The translations under genes were made by a program, and so were the position numbers. A stretch of DNA of 64,000 nt from Entomortierella parvispora E1425. Lineage: Eukaryota; Fungi; Mortierellomycota. The notes beneath the pieces were generated by a model. It saw nothing but the letters and a program-made list of their open reading frames with translations. It did not search any database and was not told where the DNA came from. Location: positions 2,108,001 to 2,172,000 of the forward strand of contig BQFW01000012.1 of NCBI GenBank assembly GCA_020891255.1. The letters run 5' to 3'. Of this stretch, positions 24,591-36,614 are shown one piece after another. How positions within the stretch are numbered: the stretch's first letter is position 1; the number at the start of each line of letters is the position of its first letter.

Positions 24591-24796
24591 TCGCCCCATC
24601 GGACCCATCTCGTCTTTGGCTGGAACGAAAAACAAGTCCCCGATGAATGATGAAAGGACTACTCTAGACATGGGGGGGTTTTTTTTTTGGGTCCGCTGCA
24701 TTTGATGGTCGACTCCCTACCCTCTCCAATAGAATATTAAAGTCAAAGGAATTGTTTGTGCATTAGATGATTTGTCCAAAGTACGCAGACGCCATG

Positions 24797-24803
24797 TATA
24801 AAA
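24797..24803 (+). promoter_or_regulatory. TATA box (TATAAAA) upstream of the small secreted peptide gene
   Basis: Consensus TATAAAA about 110 bp upstream of ATG 24908, followed by a pyrimidine-rich tract. Confidence 0.55.
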
Positions 24804-24907
24804 CAACTCGCGGCCGTTCGACTCCTTTCCCCTTTGTTCTTTACACTCCCCGCCCTTCTGTTCACATTCACGTTTCACCTCAAACACACCAATAAACCAA
24901 AGTCGCC

Positions 24908-25201
24908 ATGCGTTCCTTCATTGCTTTCAGCCTCTTGGTCGGCACCCTCTTCCTTGGTTCCATCGCAGCCGCCCCCCTTGCCTCCGATTCTGACACCGCC
25001 GAGGTGGACAAGTACCGCTATGGCGGTGGGTACTACGGTGGCGGTCGCTACGGTGGCGGCCGATATCATTACAAACGGTCGGATGTCGATGCAAGTGAAG
25101 GCAACTCGCTCTACTATGATCCGTACTGGCACTACGGTAACGGATGGGATGGATCGTACGACGGTGGCGGCAGCTACGGATACGGCCACCATCATTACTA
25201 A
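24908..25201 (+). CDS. Small secreted Gly/Tyr-rich protein (97 aa), possible Kex2-processed peptide precursor
   Basis: Hydrophobic signal peptide, acidic spacer, YGGG repeats, KR site, a second acidic spacer and a Tyr/Gly/His-rich tail. Biased codon use and an upstream TATA box support a real gene. Confidence 0.8.
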   Translation: MRSFIAFSLLVGTLFLGSIAAAPLASDSDTAEVDKYRYGGGYYGGGRYGGGRYHYKRSDVDASEGNSLYYDPYWHYGNGWDGSYDGGGSYGYGHHHY

Positions 25202-25442
25202 GGAGGGGCATCCCGCATCCCGATCTTCTTCCCTTCCCCCCTGTCGTGTAGTACCTAGGTCCTACTTTGTTGACAGGCGAACAGCCCAGTTGATTACCCT
25301 TCATTGAGACGATAGCTCTCCAGAATAAATCATCAATCAAAAAGAAAAGAGTATCATGAAACGGGGTCTCATTAGGTTGTATTATTGGGGATGTCATAAA
25401 AGTTTGACGTGCAGTTTTTTTTTGAGATCTTGAAATGGAGAC

Positions 25443-27625
25443 CTAGTTGTTGTTGACAATGAGCATCTCGACGGCGATATCATCATCTTCACCCTCATCA
25501 TCCGAATCATCCTGTCGCAACTCTTCTTTGTCCCCGCCCACAAATGGTGACGAACGTCCAGAAGTCTCTATCACGACCTGCTGCAACTCCAGTTCCTGCT
25601 GACTTTGTTGAAGCTGTCGATAAGACATGGTCGGTTGAGCCGCAATCACTCGAGTGGCGTGCGAGATCTGGGGAGTAGGTGCCCTGGAAGCGTAGGCCAA
25701 GTCCTTGGCCGATGAGGAGGAGGAGGAGGAGGAGGCTCGTTGTTGTATGGGTTCGTCGTCGTCAGGAAGCTCTTCCTTCTCGCCTCGGTTCATGAACGGG
25801 TTCTTTGTCGCAGCCTCCTCTCTCGCCTTCTGAGCCGCCAACGCATTCATTTTCTTGCGATGTTCAAACAACATCTTGTTCTCCTCCACCAACATGTTGA
25901 CCCACTCCATCAACCGCCGCTCTGCATCCTTAACAGCCGTCTTGCCCGCCAATTCTCTCAGCAGCGGGTACACATGAGGCATCCCCTCGGCCATGTAATG
26001 GTACGTGACCCTGCCGCCCGAGCTTTGATAATGATCCACAAAACGGGCTGCGTCGTCCCTCAGCACCTCAGATGCCGAGTAAATCATCGCCATCTCTGGG
26101 AACTTTGAATGATCCTGTACATAAAAGGGCGAGACATGGGGGTCCGAGATCTCCTTGGGTCCTGCATACGATCGAGCAATCTTTTTGAACACCTGTGGAG
26201 GCAAGAAGTCGGTTTTGCGGTTGTGGGCCATAGAGGGGGACGTGTTCTCGTCTGCGTCCAGTCGAATCCATGGGGAGATGCAAAGAAGGGCGCGTGGTGG
26301 GGGAAGACCCTGTTCACGGAGGATGTAGGTCGCGTTCAAAGTGATGTTGCCTCCTGTGCTGTCTCCACCTGATAAAAAAAAAAAAAAGGAAGGGGAATTT
26401 TTGTTTTGGATGTTAGCACATGCACCAACCCCCCCTGTTTGGGCGTAATGGACGTTGTTGTGTGTCCCCACAACAAATAAACAAAAAGGGACCACGACAC
26501 TTTGGTAGCACGCGCAATTAATAAAAGAGTCTGGTTGTCCTACCGAAAATGATCTTGCGAGGGTTCCATTTGATCTCCTCGACCAAGAAGCGATAAGCAG
26601 ACAGGAACTGGTCGCGTTGATGAGGAAACTTCTTTTGAGGAGCGAGGTCTGAAAAAGAGAAGGAGAGACTCAGTCAGTGTGGGTTAATCCAATTAGTGCG
26701 TGAAGGGGGGGTGGGCGTGGGGCAAGAAAGAAGGAAAGGTTTTTGTTTGAGTCGGAGAAGAAAGAAGGGGCATCTGACATGTGCCCGGCTCATGTCCTGC
26801 CCAATTGTTGTGTGGAAAGATACAGGTTGGATGGAGCAAGTTCTTGCACGCTGTGAGTGCTCTCAAGAAGTAAAAAAAATAAAAAAAATAACCCCCTCCC
26901 TCCTCCTTGATTCCTGTGGGAGAATATCGATCGGATGAGCGAAAAAAGAGAGAGCTCGGATTTTCTTGCAGTCTCCTGACAAGCAGCAAGGTCCGCCCGC
27001 TTCCTTCGAGACATGATCCCAAGTGGACCCATTGACTGCCTTTGTCTTCAAGGGTCGTGCCTGTGTGTGTGTCTTTGTAAACGTCCTGTAATCCATCGAT
27101 TGTTTGAGTGCCCTTACCATAGTCGACTGACAAGATCCTCAGGTTCTTATTGTGCACAGTCTTGAAGTGCTCGACCCACGAGCAAAAGATGTTGTTGTAC
27201 ATCTCTGCATCACCAAACACAAATCCACCTCCATGGGCATACAGCATGATCATGTCTACGCCCTTTAACGACACCTTCCAGGTGGGGCTTCCACCTCGAG
27301 TCTCGGCCGGGATCTTTTTGGTCTCCAGTGTGCCGACCCAGTAGGCCGTCCAACCATCTCTCTTCACCACCATGGAGCGTTGTCCGGGGACCATGATGGT
27401 TCTCAGCGCCAAAGCAGGTTGGTACCATTGATAAGGGAACATGGCGGCCGCCAAATAGACGATGCGAAGGAAAAAGTGCGAGTGGAAAGGGACATGGTTG
27501 GGTCCACGAAGACGGAGATAGACGGCGTAGATCATGGTGGGGATAATGAGGAGGATAAAGAAGATCAAGCCCACAAACGTGTGAAGGACCACTCGAATGT
27601 ACTTGAAGATCTTTGGAACAGCCAT
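25443..27625 (-). CDS. Alpha/beta hydrolase of the HSL (Abhydrolase_3, Say1-like) family with N-terminal membrane anchor; multi-exon
   Basis: HGGGF oxyanion motif, LSVDY before an intron, nucleophile GDSTGG, ISPW, EVLRDD, and GMPHVY catalytic His; acidic low-complexity C-terminal tail. Confidence 0.88.
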
Positions 27626-28087
27626 GGTTGAAATGCAACCAGTACGCTAAAGAGCGCGAGAGACGGGTGAGGGAAACGAGAAGGAAGGAAGGTCGGGTTG
27701 CAGCAAAAGAGGAGTGATTCTCGACTCTGGATGCGTGCAAACACAAGTGAGAATGGTGCAGTGCGACCTAAAGGGAACGTGGGGTGATGGAAAGGAAGGC
27801 AAAAGAGGAAAAGAATGACAAGAGCGAGTGAAGCTATAAAAGAATCGATCGAGAACAAAAAAGAGTCGACCCAAGCGTTCAACCATCTGAACTGTCTTTG
27901 CCCAAGGTTGAGCTGCTGGAGTACTTTGTGGGTGAAGTTTTTTTTGTATAATAGACGATAATCATTATGGAGGGGAAGAACCTTCTCCAAGCAGAGTTCA
28001 ACGGGGAAAAGAGGGGGACTGAGCCCGTTCCTTTTTTGGTGGCGAGCAGATTCTTTTTTATTTTTTAGACGAGAAATCCCTCAGGAT

Positions 28088-29590
28088 TTAAAAATCCATG
28101 CTCTCGCTGGATATTTGTCTGCCTTCTTCGCCTTCATCCAGCTGATCGACTTCATTGCGGTCGTGTTCGTCACGGTTGTACTCGTTGCGGTTGTGCTCCG
28201 AGTGGTTTTGCTCGTTGCGGTCTGCCGTCAGACCCAGGGACTGCCGATCAATCTTTGCAAAGGCCTTTCGCAAACTGTCCAAGCTCACTTCCATCGGTAC
28301 AATCGCGCCATGAATCCGGATATTCATCTGTACAAACTCGTCTTCGTCTCCTTCTTGTGCCTGTTCCTCTACCTGCTCTTGCTCCTGTTCTTGTTCCCAA
28401 GGCTCGACTGATTCTCTACTTGTAATGGCAGCCGCAAAGTTTCTTGATGGCTCTTCTTCCATGGTCCGGCCACTATGGCTGCCACTACCATTGCCATAGA
28501 ACCGATCTCTATCGCTCAATTGATTCCGTTGATCCAAAACCCGGAGCTGACGGAACGTCTCGGTCTCTGGGATCCGTACCTCCTCTGGCTCTGGCATTCT
28601 CGAAGCCGATGCCATGTGCCTCGCCAGCTCCACCTTCACCAATGGACCAGGCCAGGGGATGAATCCTTCCTCTGCAGCGACAGCCTGAATCTCCATCGCT
28701 CGGTTGATACGATCAATGGTCGCCTGTCGAACTCCGTATACCAACGCAACACGTCCCTGTCCTCTTCCGGCATGAACCGCACCGTGGCTGCTGCCACTAC
28801 CGCCGAGACTACTCCCGACGGTTGATTTCCGGATGCCGTTCGTAGCGGTTGTATGTCGACTCAGAATGCTGCTCGCACTGCTGCCAAGGCCGAGGCCGCT
28901 TCCACCACCACCACTGCTACGGATGACGTTTCCAAGGCCACTTCCAGAGAGACCACTGCTAGAACCAGTGATCGAAGATCGCATGGCACTGCCTACTGAC
29001 CGATTCGACGCCACCATGGCTGGTTCGGGCGAGGGTTCACCCTCCATACCACCACTACTACCATCCGCGTTCCTGAGATATAGATACAAGTGCAAGACGA
29101 TCTGATCTCCCTTGATGTTGTTCAATCGCCTGGCCTCCTTTCGCCAGGTGCTCTCAAACTCTTTCAAGTAGTTATCCTCTGTCAGCTCGACAAAGTTCTT
29201 TTGGTAGGTGTTATGGGTCGGTTGCAAGTACGGTCCTCCATCCGGTCTTAGCACCACATTGGGGAGTCGGCTCAGATAGCTATCGATCCGGGCGAGGAGC
29301 ACCCCAAAGGAGTCCTGTTCTCGGTTAAACACCCAAGGAAGAGATGGGGGGAGTTCCTTGAGGAGGCGCCAGGAGCCTCGGGGAGCGCCCTTTCGATAAT
29401 CAAGCACGATCTTGACCGTGGGGGGGATAGGGCATTGGTTGAAGGACAGAACAGGAGGCAGGCCGTTGGTGGGGCGGTTTCCGGTCTCGTTCGCAGGTTG
29501 TTCACGTGACTGCTGCTCCTCCTGCTGTTGCTGTTGGCTCCATGTCTGGGTGGGAGTGCCCTGTGCTGATGGTGCGGGCTGGTCTGCCAT
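28088..29590 (-). CDS. Intronless hypothetical protein (500 aa): N-terminal globular domain, Gly/Ser-rich linker, second globular region
   Basis: Uninterrupted ATG-initiated 1.5-kb ORF with protein-like composition; no family recognised with certainty. Confidence 0.75.
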   Translation of the reverse strand: MADQPAPSAQGTPTQTWSQQQQQEEQQSREQPANETGNRPTNGLPPVLSFNQCPIPPTVKIVLDYRKGAPRGSWRLLKELPPSLPWVFNREQDSFGVLLARIDSYLSRLPNVVLRPDGGPYLQPTHNTYQKNFVELTEDNYLKEFESTWRKEARRLNNIKGDQIVLHLYLYLRNADGSSGGMEGEPSPEPAMVASNRSVGSAMRSSITGSSSGLSGSGLGNVIRSSGGGGSGLGLGSSASSILSRHTTATNGIRKSTVGSSLGGSGSSHGAVHAGRGQGRVALVYGVRQATIDRINRAMEIQAVAAEEGFIPWPGPLVKVELARHMASASRMPEPEEVRIPETETFRQLRVLDQRNQLSDRDRFYGNGSGSHSGRTMEEEPSRNFAAAITSRESVEPWEQEQEQEQVEEQAQEGDEDEFVQMNIRIHGAIVPMEVSLDSLRKAFAKIDRQSLGLTADRNEQNHSEHNRNEYNRDEHDRNEVDQLDEGEEGRQISSESMDF

Positions 29591-30170
29591 GAAGGATGGA
29601 TGGATGGATGGATGGATGGGTGCAAAAGGGGGGGGAGATGGGGTGTGAAAGAAACAAAAGAAAAAATAAAAATAGTCCCAGGATTAAAATCTGGCACGGG
29701 ACCGGGCTAAATGTTTAATCACCTGATCAGAGGTGTAATTAAGGGTTCCATGCCATTTCAGCCTCCCCACGGTCAATTTTGGCCTCGTGTGGGTCCGTTT
29801 TGTTCGCTGTGGCTTTGTCTTTGATCGGAGAGGACAGTTGGCTCAACTCAGAAGATACAGACATTCCCGATCACGACTTTTTCTCTTTACCCCAGGGTCA
29901 ACTCAAGAGTGAGAAGACAAGACGCCTTGACAGAGAGGATTCCAGTGATTCAGACTTGGGACTCTAATCAATTTGGTAATATCCATCGTTGAGGGAGACT
30001 CTTCGATCACGATCAAGAGAACAAGAGGCCCTCATGGTTGCCATTGTCGTTGTTAAGGTCATAGACAACGCGCCTGACATTGTTGCTTTGAGCTTTACGG
30101 ATAGGATACACGATACTAATAAAAGAAAATACTAATATTATTATTGTTTTAAAGTACAAGTTGCGCGACC

Positions 30171-33100
30171 CTACTCTGCGGGTCGCGCCTTTGGAACGGG
30201 TTCCACTGACGTCAGTGGGTTGGAGACGAGGATAGGGGAAGACGCAACCGAGCCATGGAAGAGAACCGGTGACGAGGATGAGGACAGTGATGTCGCCTCG
30301 GTGGACAGGTCCTGCTTGGAGGTGTGGAAGCTCCGACTGAGAGACGCTTGTGACGACTGCCGACTCAACGAGCTCAGAGGATGAAGCGTGGATGTGGACA
30401 GGTTCATGGGCATGATCGAGGGCGAATGGAGAGGTGTCTGGGCCAAAGGGCGGCCGAGAGATCCGCTCTTGGACGGACGAAGCAACAATGTGGACGACGA
30501 TCCAGACGAGATGGATTTTTGTCCCGAAAATGATCGATTCAAATCCCTGGGTCTCCCTGATGCCCCCGACACAGAGCGACGAGGGGACGTTTCTTCCTCA
30601 CTCTTGCGTTGATAACCACCTCCTGTGCCTCCGATCGTTCGTGGTTTAGTACCTTCATCGCCACTATGATCCGTGTCCAGATGCTCTATGACTGGCTCAA
30701 GCGTATCAGAGCGGTAGAGGGAATGCATGTCCCCCTGCTCTTCCTGTTGTCGCCGTTGTTGCAGTGCCAGAATAGCAGCAGAAACCCTGCCCGAAAAAGT
30801 TGACACGGATTCCTCGTCGTCACTAATGACGTCCGAATCATCATCGTCATCCTGATCTGAAAACATGCGATCCAAGATCTCTTGCATCCGACCAGCACTC
30901 GCCGCCACATTATTGCTCTGGCTCTCTGTAGGACTGTCAGGTCGACTCCCGGAACGACTCTTGATCGATGGGGTTGGCTTCAGGTTCGTGTCAATTTTAG
31001 CAGATTCAAAGAATGGGCTGCGTGTGGAAGGGGTCACCGAATCCAGCTGAACAGACTCAAAGAACGGACTGCGTGTTGAAGGAGGCAACGAGTCGATTTG
31101 AACAGATTCAAAGAACGGGCTGCGTGTTGTTGGCAAAAGCAACAATGGTGGTGAGGCCAAGGGATGTCCAGCTGAAGCACTTGGGTCGGCGGGGGACTCT
31201 ACGTATTGTCCCGATTCCTTGTGCCAGTACTGAACCGCCTTCTCTGGTCCCTTTGAGACCTTCAAGATGCCACCACCTTGCAGCTTGAGTGGCGTCTCTG
31301 TCATCATGGCCTCTGCAATATTGCTTTCGACAGAGTTGCGGGCATAGACGGGCTGTGCGGTGCTCAAGGCCGAAACTCTTCGACTCTCTGTTGATCCCTG
31401 TTCTGTTTCTATTCCTGTCAAGATGGAAGCCAAGTCGGCGCTCATATTCGGCGCTGCTTTGGCCCTGGATTGACGGTTCAAGGTGTACACTGAGGTAGCC
31501 GCAGAGGCAGTCCTGTTCAAAGCAGGGGCCAGAGGAATTCCAGAAACAGATGACTGCAGGCTGCCCGCCTGAGAAATCATGGCCTCTGGGTTGGCGACGA
31601 ACAGACTCCGGTTTCGCTCATAGTTGCCACTGGACTCTTGGAAGAATCGACTGATTCCTACAGAGTTCAGCTCCCTCAGGTTATCATCTCCAGCTTGTGA
31701 TCGAGTGTCCGTGCTGTCCATGACGATGGGTTGTCTGGGTGGACGAATGACCTCGAATGCTTTGGGCTTGGCCTTGGGCCCATCTCCTGAATTTCGTTTG
31801 ACAGACCGCTTTCCTAAATTGATGAGGCCACCAAGGGATCCCTTCACAGAGGTCCACATGCTCGTCTTTTCTTCCTTCTCATCCAAGTCGTGCACAGAAG
31901 AGCCCAAGGTATTGGAGGGTTCGTAAAGATACCTCCCATCTCTAAAGAGTTCAGACATCCTTCTCGTCCTGGGATCGGGTGTCTGTTGATGATTCATCCG
32001 TTCAACCTTTGCATATGATTCTCGTGGGGGGTTGAGTCGAACAAAAGAAGACTGTGCAGGTTGAAGAGGAATCGCATTTCCGTCCAATGATCCAGCAGAT
32101 ACAGGCGAGACTGGTGGTGGAGAACTGGATCGATGGGACATGGGTCCTGCAGAAGTTGACAGCGGCTGGACTGCTTCTGATCGTGATCCAAGTCCATCTC
32201 CTGACAAGAAGCGAGAACGATGGCTCGCTACAGCGGATGGTTGATGTGACATCCGGTACACCGATCTGTGGCGGAAGAGGTCCTCCTGGGATCCTTCCAT
32301 CGGCAGACTCGGGTGTTGTGATAAATCGCTCATGGAAGTGTATGGCTGGACAGTGTAGTGGCGCGTCTTAGGAGAGAGAGAGCCCAGTGAGGATGCCGCA
32401 GGTCTTTGACTTGTGGGCCGTCCTGTGACAACCCAGTCCGGCTCAATCACTGTTGGTTCGTCAAAGTCATAAGATTTGGTAGGTCCTTTCCATGCGCGCG
32501 CGTGCCTTGCCCGCCAAAACATGATAACCTGGATCGTATTCCAGAGTACGAGTGCAAACATAACCATAAATACTGTCAAGTGGAGGGCCATTTGGATGTA
32601 ACCAAACAGCTGACGGACTTCAGTGTCTGTGTCCAGCTCGCTCACATAGGCGATCGAACATCCAGAGACCACGATCCTGACCGTTCCCAAAAAGAGATGG
32701 AATTTGTTGTCCCCAGACTCTGAGTATGGCCACTTGAGAGCAATCACCACAAGATAACCGAGCTCGACTGCCATGGTCACAGCCACTTGGGCGACACCAT
32801 AAGACGACAGCATCGATATGGACAATGCCCAAAGGAATCGAACTAGCAACGTGACAAGAAAGAAGAGCGTTCCCTCCTCAGTCAGGCTGTTGTAGAGTGG
32901 ACCGTACCTCAATAGCGTTCCCAGGTCCTCAAATAACAGTCCATTTGATGCTGCTCGGAGAGTTCGCCAAGTCAAAAAGATTGTCATTCCGACAGAAAAG
33001 AACAGAATGGAGGCGCCTGCCACGACAATCATCACTGTGCCTCCAGATATGGTGAGCTGATACATTGAAGACAGTGCAAGAGGTGTATAAAAGAGAATCC

Positions 33101-35448
33101 AGACACGAATCAAGTTTCCTGTATCAACAATGGGTACAAGGTGTTAGCTTTCTGTCGTCTAACGAAATAGGATATACCTTTGCATTCAACCATTGCTTAC
33201 CAGAAACAAAGTTCAAGGCATGTTGGAGCGTCTTTCCTTTTTGATGATTCTCGGTTGCCATGAGCCAGGCAAAGATGAGGAATCCCGCAGATAAGAATAA
33301 TGAGATTCCTCCAGCCAAGATGATATTCACAAATGTGCACAGGAAAAGGTCTGCTGGAGAAGCACCAAAGGCTGCGGCATAGGCTTCAATACCGAATCGA
33401 GAGACGTTATACTGTTGCGAGCCATTGATGTTGTTGAAGGGGTCAGTGATGATAGGTGTAATGGTGGACGATGTTGGAGTGGGTGCCGCGGTCGTGGTGG
33501 TCGTAGTGATGAGAATGGCTTCCGTCGTGGTTTTCCTGGCGATCGTCGTTTTAGTAGTCTTGGATGAAGTTGTGTCAGGAGTAGGCGAAGGGGATGGAGA
33601 GTCGCTTGTAGTCGATGTCGTGGGACTCGGTGTTGGGTCAACCGATGCTTGGTGGTTGGAGGTCATTGAAAGTTGGCGCTTTCTGTAGCAAAATAAAAAC
33701 AAACATAAGTCATCTATCAAGGCTAGCCATGGAGGCATTTTGCATTGCGGGGATAATGAAATACCTTTGAATCGGCCCTGCCTTTGGCATTGTTGTCATT
33801 GTAGCGTACACTGGATGAGAGGGGCTATACGGATAATCCAATCCTTCCACCATTCCATCCAGAGCGGGCACCATCCTTCGCCATTGACTCAGATCGTTCA
33901 TTTCTGCCGGTGAGCTTTTCCCCTGGTTGGCAGATCCAGCACCACCAAACATCAAAACATCAGTCGAGTTTTCGGGTCCCTTGCCAGCGAAAGAGTTGCG
34001 GAACTCGAGAAATGACCAATGAAAAAGTGAGGTAAATGTTTGGTAAAACGAAGGGTAGTTGATCGACATTTGTCCTGTCATGAGCATGAACTGAGTATAA
34101 AAGAGGATGTCAAAGATCCCTGGGGTATGAACATTGATGACTTCTGAGGTTGCCGCCAATCCATATGTCGCCAATGCGCCTAGAAACCCGTTTCCAACTG
34201 TCGCCCGCATGATGATGGAGGTGAGACTGATGGCTCCAGAGTATAGTGCCAGTGCCATAGGCAAATAGCTGACGGCAGTGTTGACTTCTGGCATTGTCTG
34301 CTCCAGGAGTACTGCCACACAGACGACTGTGGCGTTGTTCAAAGTGGATTGGATCTGAAGGTTGACCAAGAGTTCCGTGAAGGGTGTGTTCTGGGATATC
34401 GTATAATTCTGTGTTCATATAAAAAAAAATGTGCAGAGGATGTGAGTGAACGACCTAAAGTAGAGTTGAACTCAAATTTGCAACAGATCCATTGCATACA
34501 GTGGTCATAGATCCGGCGCTGGGGGTTGTTGGGCAGCCTCCTTTGATAATGCCACCGGCCGCACAGGTTGTACTTTGACTCTCGTGTATTTTGGCACCCA
34601 TGTTGGTGGTGATGATGGATGTTCTCCCTACCAGGATGAAGAGTGGGTGTGGTTTCTGAGTTAGTCGTTGCAGATCCACGTTGGCACGTTGTTGGCACGT
34701 TGGCACGTTGGAAATAAAAAAAAGGGGGGAATGAATGTCGCACGCACAGACACTCCAGGTGTGCCTGCTGCAGGGAGGATTGCCTCAGCCCTGTTAGCTG
34801 CCTGCATAGTCGCGTGTGATGATGGTGCATGCAGCGCCGTCTTTGCGGCTTGAAGCGTCTGACTCTTGGCCTTTACACTTGAACACCCCGAGTTTGTTTT
34901 CGCCCGTTTTCTCTCTCATTAACTTTGTCCTTGTCTCATAAATATAGAAACGAGCGGACAATTGGGACAATTTAGCTCGCTCTGTGATTGCGCTTCCTGG
35001 ACATGCCATCCCCTGCATGGAATTAGAGAGCCTTCGGCTTGTGGCCGTGAACGTGAACGGGGGACATTCAAGAGAGAAGGGCAAAAAAACAAGGAAATAA
35101 AAGAAATAACCTACAAGAGTTGGTCGCTGCTGCAGTGTATCCTTGAGCGAGGAATGAGGTCGTAAAGTTGCCTTCGAGCGCAAGGATGACAGACTTTGAG
35201 GCAGGGTCGATGTGGGCAGAGAACGAACTCAGCTGGAAGATTGGATTCACACCGGAGCAGTCCACATAGGGCCATGCGTTGACCTCTTGCGGGGCAAGGA
35301 CGAGAGCACTCAGGAGACAGAGGAATAGGAGTGTGAAGGAGGACATGCAGGAGAGTGAGGAGGAAGGGGTATGATGAAGGGAGAGCCTCGGTCGACGCCA
35401 CCAACGACTGCAGCGCGCAGACGTCAAGCTAGGAGTGATTGTCGGCAT
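30171..35448 (-). CDS. Flc/Pkd2-family TRP-like membrane channel (ML-like N-terminal domain plus TRP domain); multi-exon
   Basis: Signal-like segment, then WPYVDC; ATVVCVAVLLEQ; GIFDILFYTQFMLMTGQMSINYPSFYQTFTSLFHWS; LLRYGPLYN; KWPY; long Ser-rich cytosolic tail. Probable ATG at 35448. Confidence 0.85.
30990..31130. repeat. 51-bp coding tandem repeat, about 3 copies (TRSPFFES 17-aa unit) in the Flc/Pkd2 tail
   Basis: The unit core cagattcaaa/cagactcaaa recurs at 31001, 31052 and 31103 (period 51). Confidence 0.9.
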
Positions 35449-35870
35449 GCTGTGTGAGGTGGGGGTGCAGCAGGAGATGAAGCAGGATATTATAGGGGTA
35501 TATTGAGGTATCAGAGGAGAGAGAAGCAAGGGACAAGGGAGAACGAAAGGACAGAGTGAATGCGGTCTATGAGCAGGAGACAGGAGACATGATGAAGCCG
35601 AGATGAAAGGACAGATGATGAACAAGGAGTGAATATGATTAGAATGAAGCAAAAGAAAGGGTGGTCATGAGAGGAGACGAGAGGAGACGAGAGGAGAGGA
35701 GAGGAGAGGAGAGGAGAGGAGAGAGTAGGGAGAGATGAGGATGAGGAAAGAGAAGCCAATGAAGGAGAGGAATGGATCGAAGGAGAGGAATGTGGAGCGG
35801 AGAGACCAGTGGAAGGAAAGGTGATATGATATACGTAGACTAATAGAGTGACAGTGAGTGAGCAGCGGGC

Positions 35871-35920
35871 GGGGGGTGGGCAGGGGTGGGCAGGGGTGGG
35901 CAGGGGTGGGCAGGGGTGGG
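35871..35920 (+). repeat. (CAGGGGTGGG)n decamer array, G-quadruplex-forming motif
   Basis: ggggggtggg followed by four perfect caggggtggg units; 10 G-tracts of at least 3 G. A (GAGAG/GGAGA)n tract lies at about 35670-35724. Confidence 0.9.
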
Positions 35921-36614
35921 TGTGAGAGCAAAGTGTGCCAGAAGAGTGCGATAGTGCACACTCCACTCTATAGCACACTCTTGTTCTTCAGGCACACTCG
36001 CTTTCACTTTGCACGCGCGTGGGACGTGGACGTGGAGCGGAAGACCCGCTTGTTCTCTCTTGTCTTTCCTCGCGCTCTCTCTCTTTTTTTCAGGCACAGG
36101 CACAGGCACAGCACAGGGACCCTTTTCGTCCCCTCCTTTCCCTGGCTCTCTTTCCTCTCTCTCCCTCTCATCTCCCTTTTCCCTTTCCTTGTCCTGCTAT
36201 GGGCTGATGCGCAAACAGTAATCGCTCCTCGCACGGTACATGTAGGTCAGCGCGTCAGCATGCCAGCGAGGTGCTGTAGAAAGCAAGCACGCAAAACAGA
36301 CACTCTGACAGGCAAGCAAGCAACGCAGACAGGCAGACAGCCGACAAGAGAGACACACAGGAAGCAAAGTCCGCGCATGGGTACAGTCCCTGTGGCACCG
36401 ACAACCATGCTCTCTCTCTTGTATCCATCCCCCCTCCTTGTCCACCTCTCTTTTTTTTTTTTTTTTTTCTCCTCGCCCCCCCCCCCCCCTCTTCTTCCTC
36501 CTTCCCTCTTTTGCTCGAACACAATCCCAATTCCATCGTCCTGACATCCCTCTCCCAATCCCTTCCTCATTTCAATCTCCATCCTCATTCACCCCATTCC
36601 TCCCTCTTTCCAGA

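Noticed and set aside
24816-24824. GTTCGACTC B-box or tRNA T-loop-like motif
   Set aside because: There is no flanking T-stem or cloverleaf; the motif lies in the leader of the peptide gene.
24908-27625. Dikaritin-type RiPP biosynthetic cluster
   Set aside because: No DUF3328/UstY, tyrosinase, methyltransferase or transporter gene is nearby, and the two cores are not repeated copies of one sequence.
29779-29967. 62-aa acidic ORF
   Set aside because: It has a non-ATG start, is short, and has no recognisable motif or partner exons.
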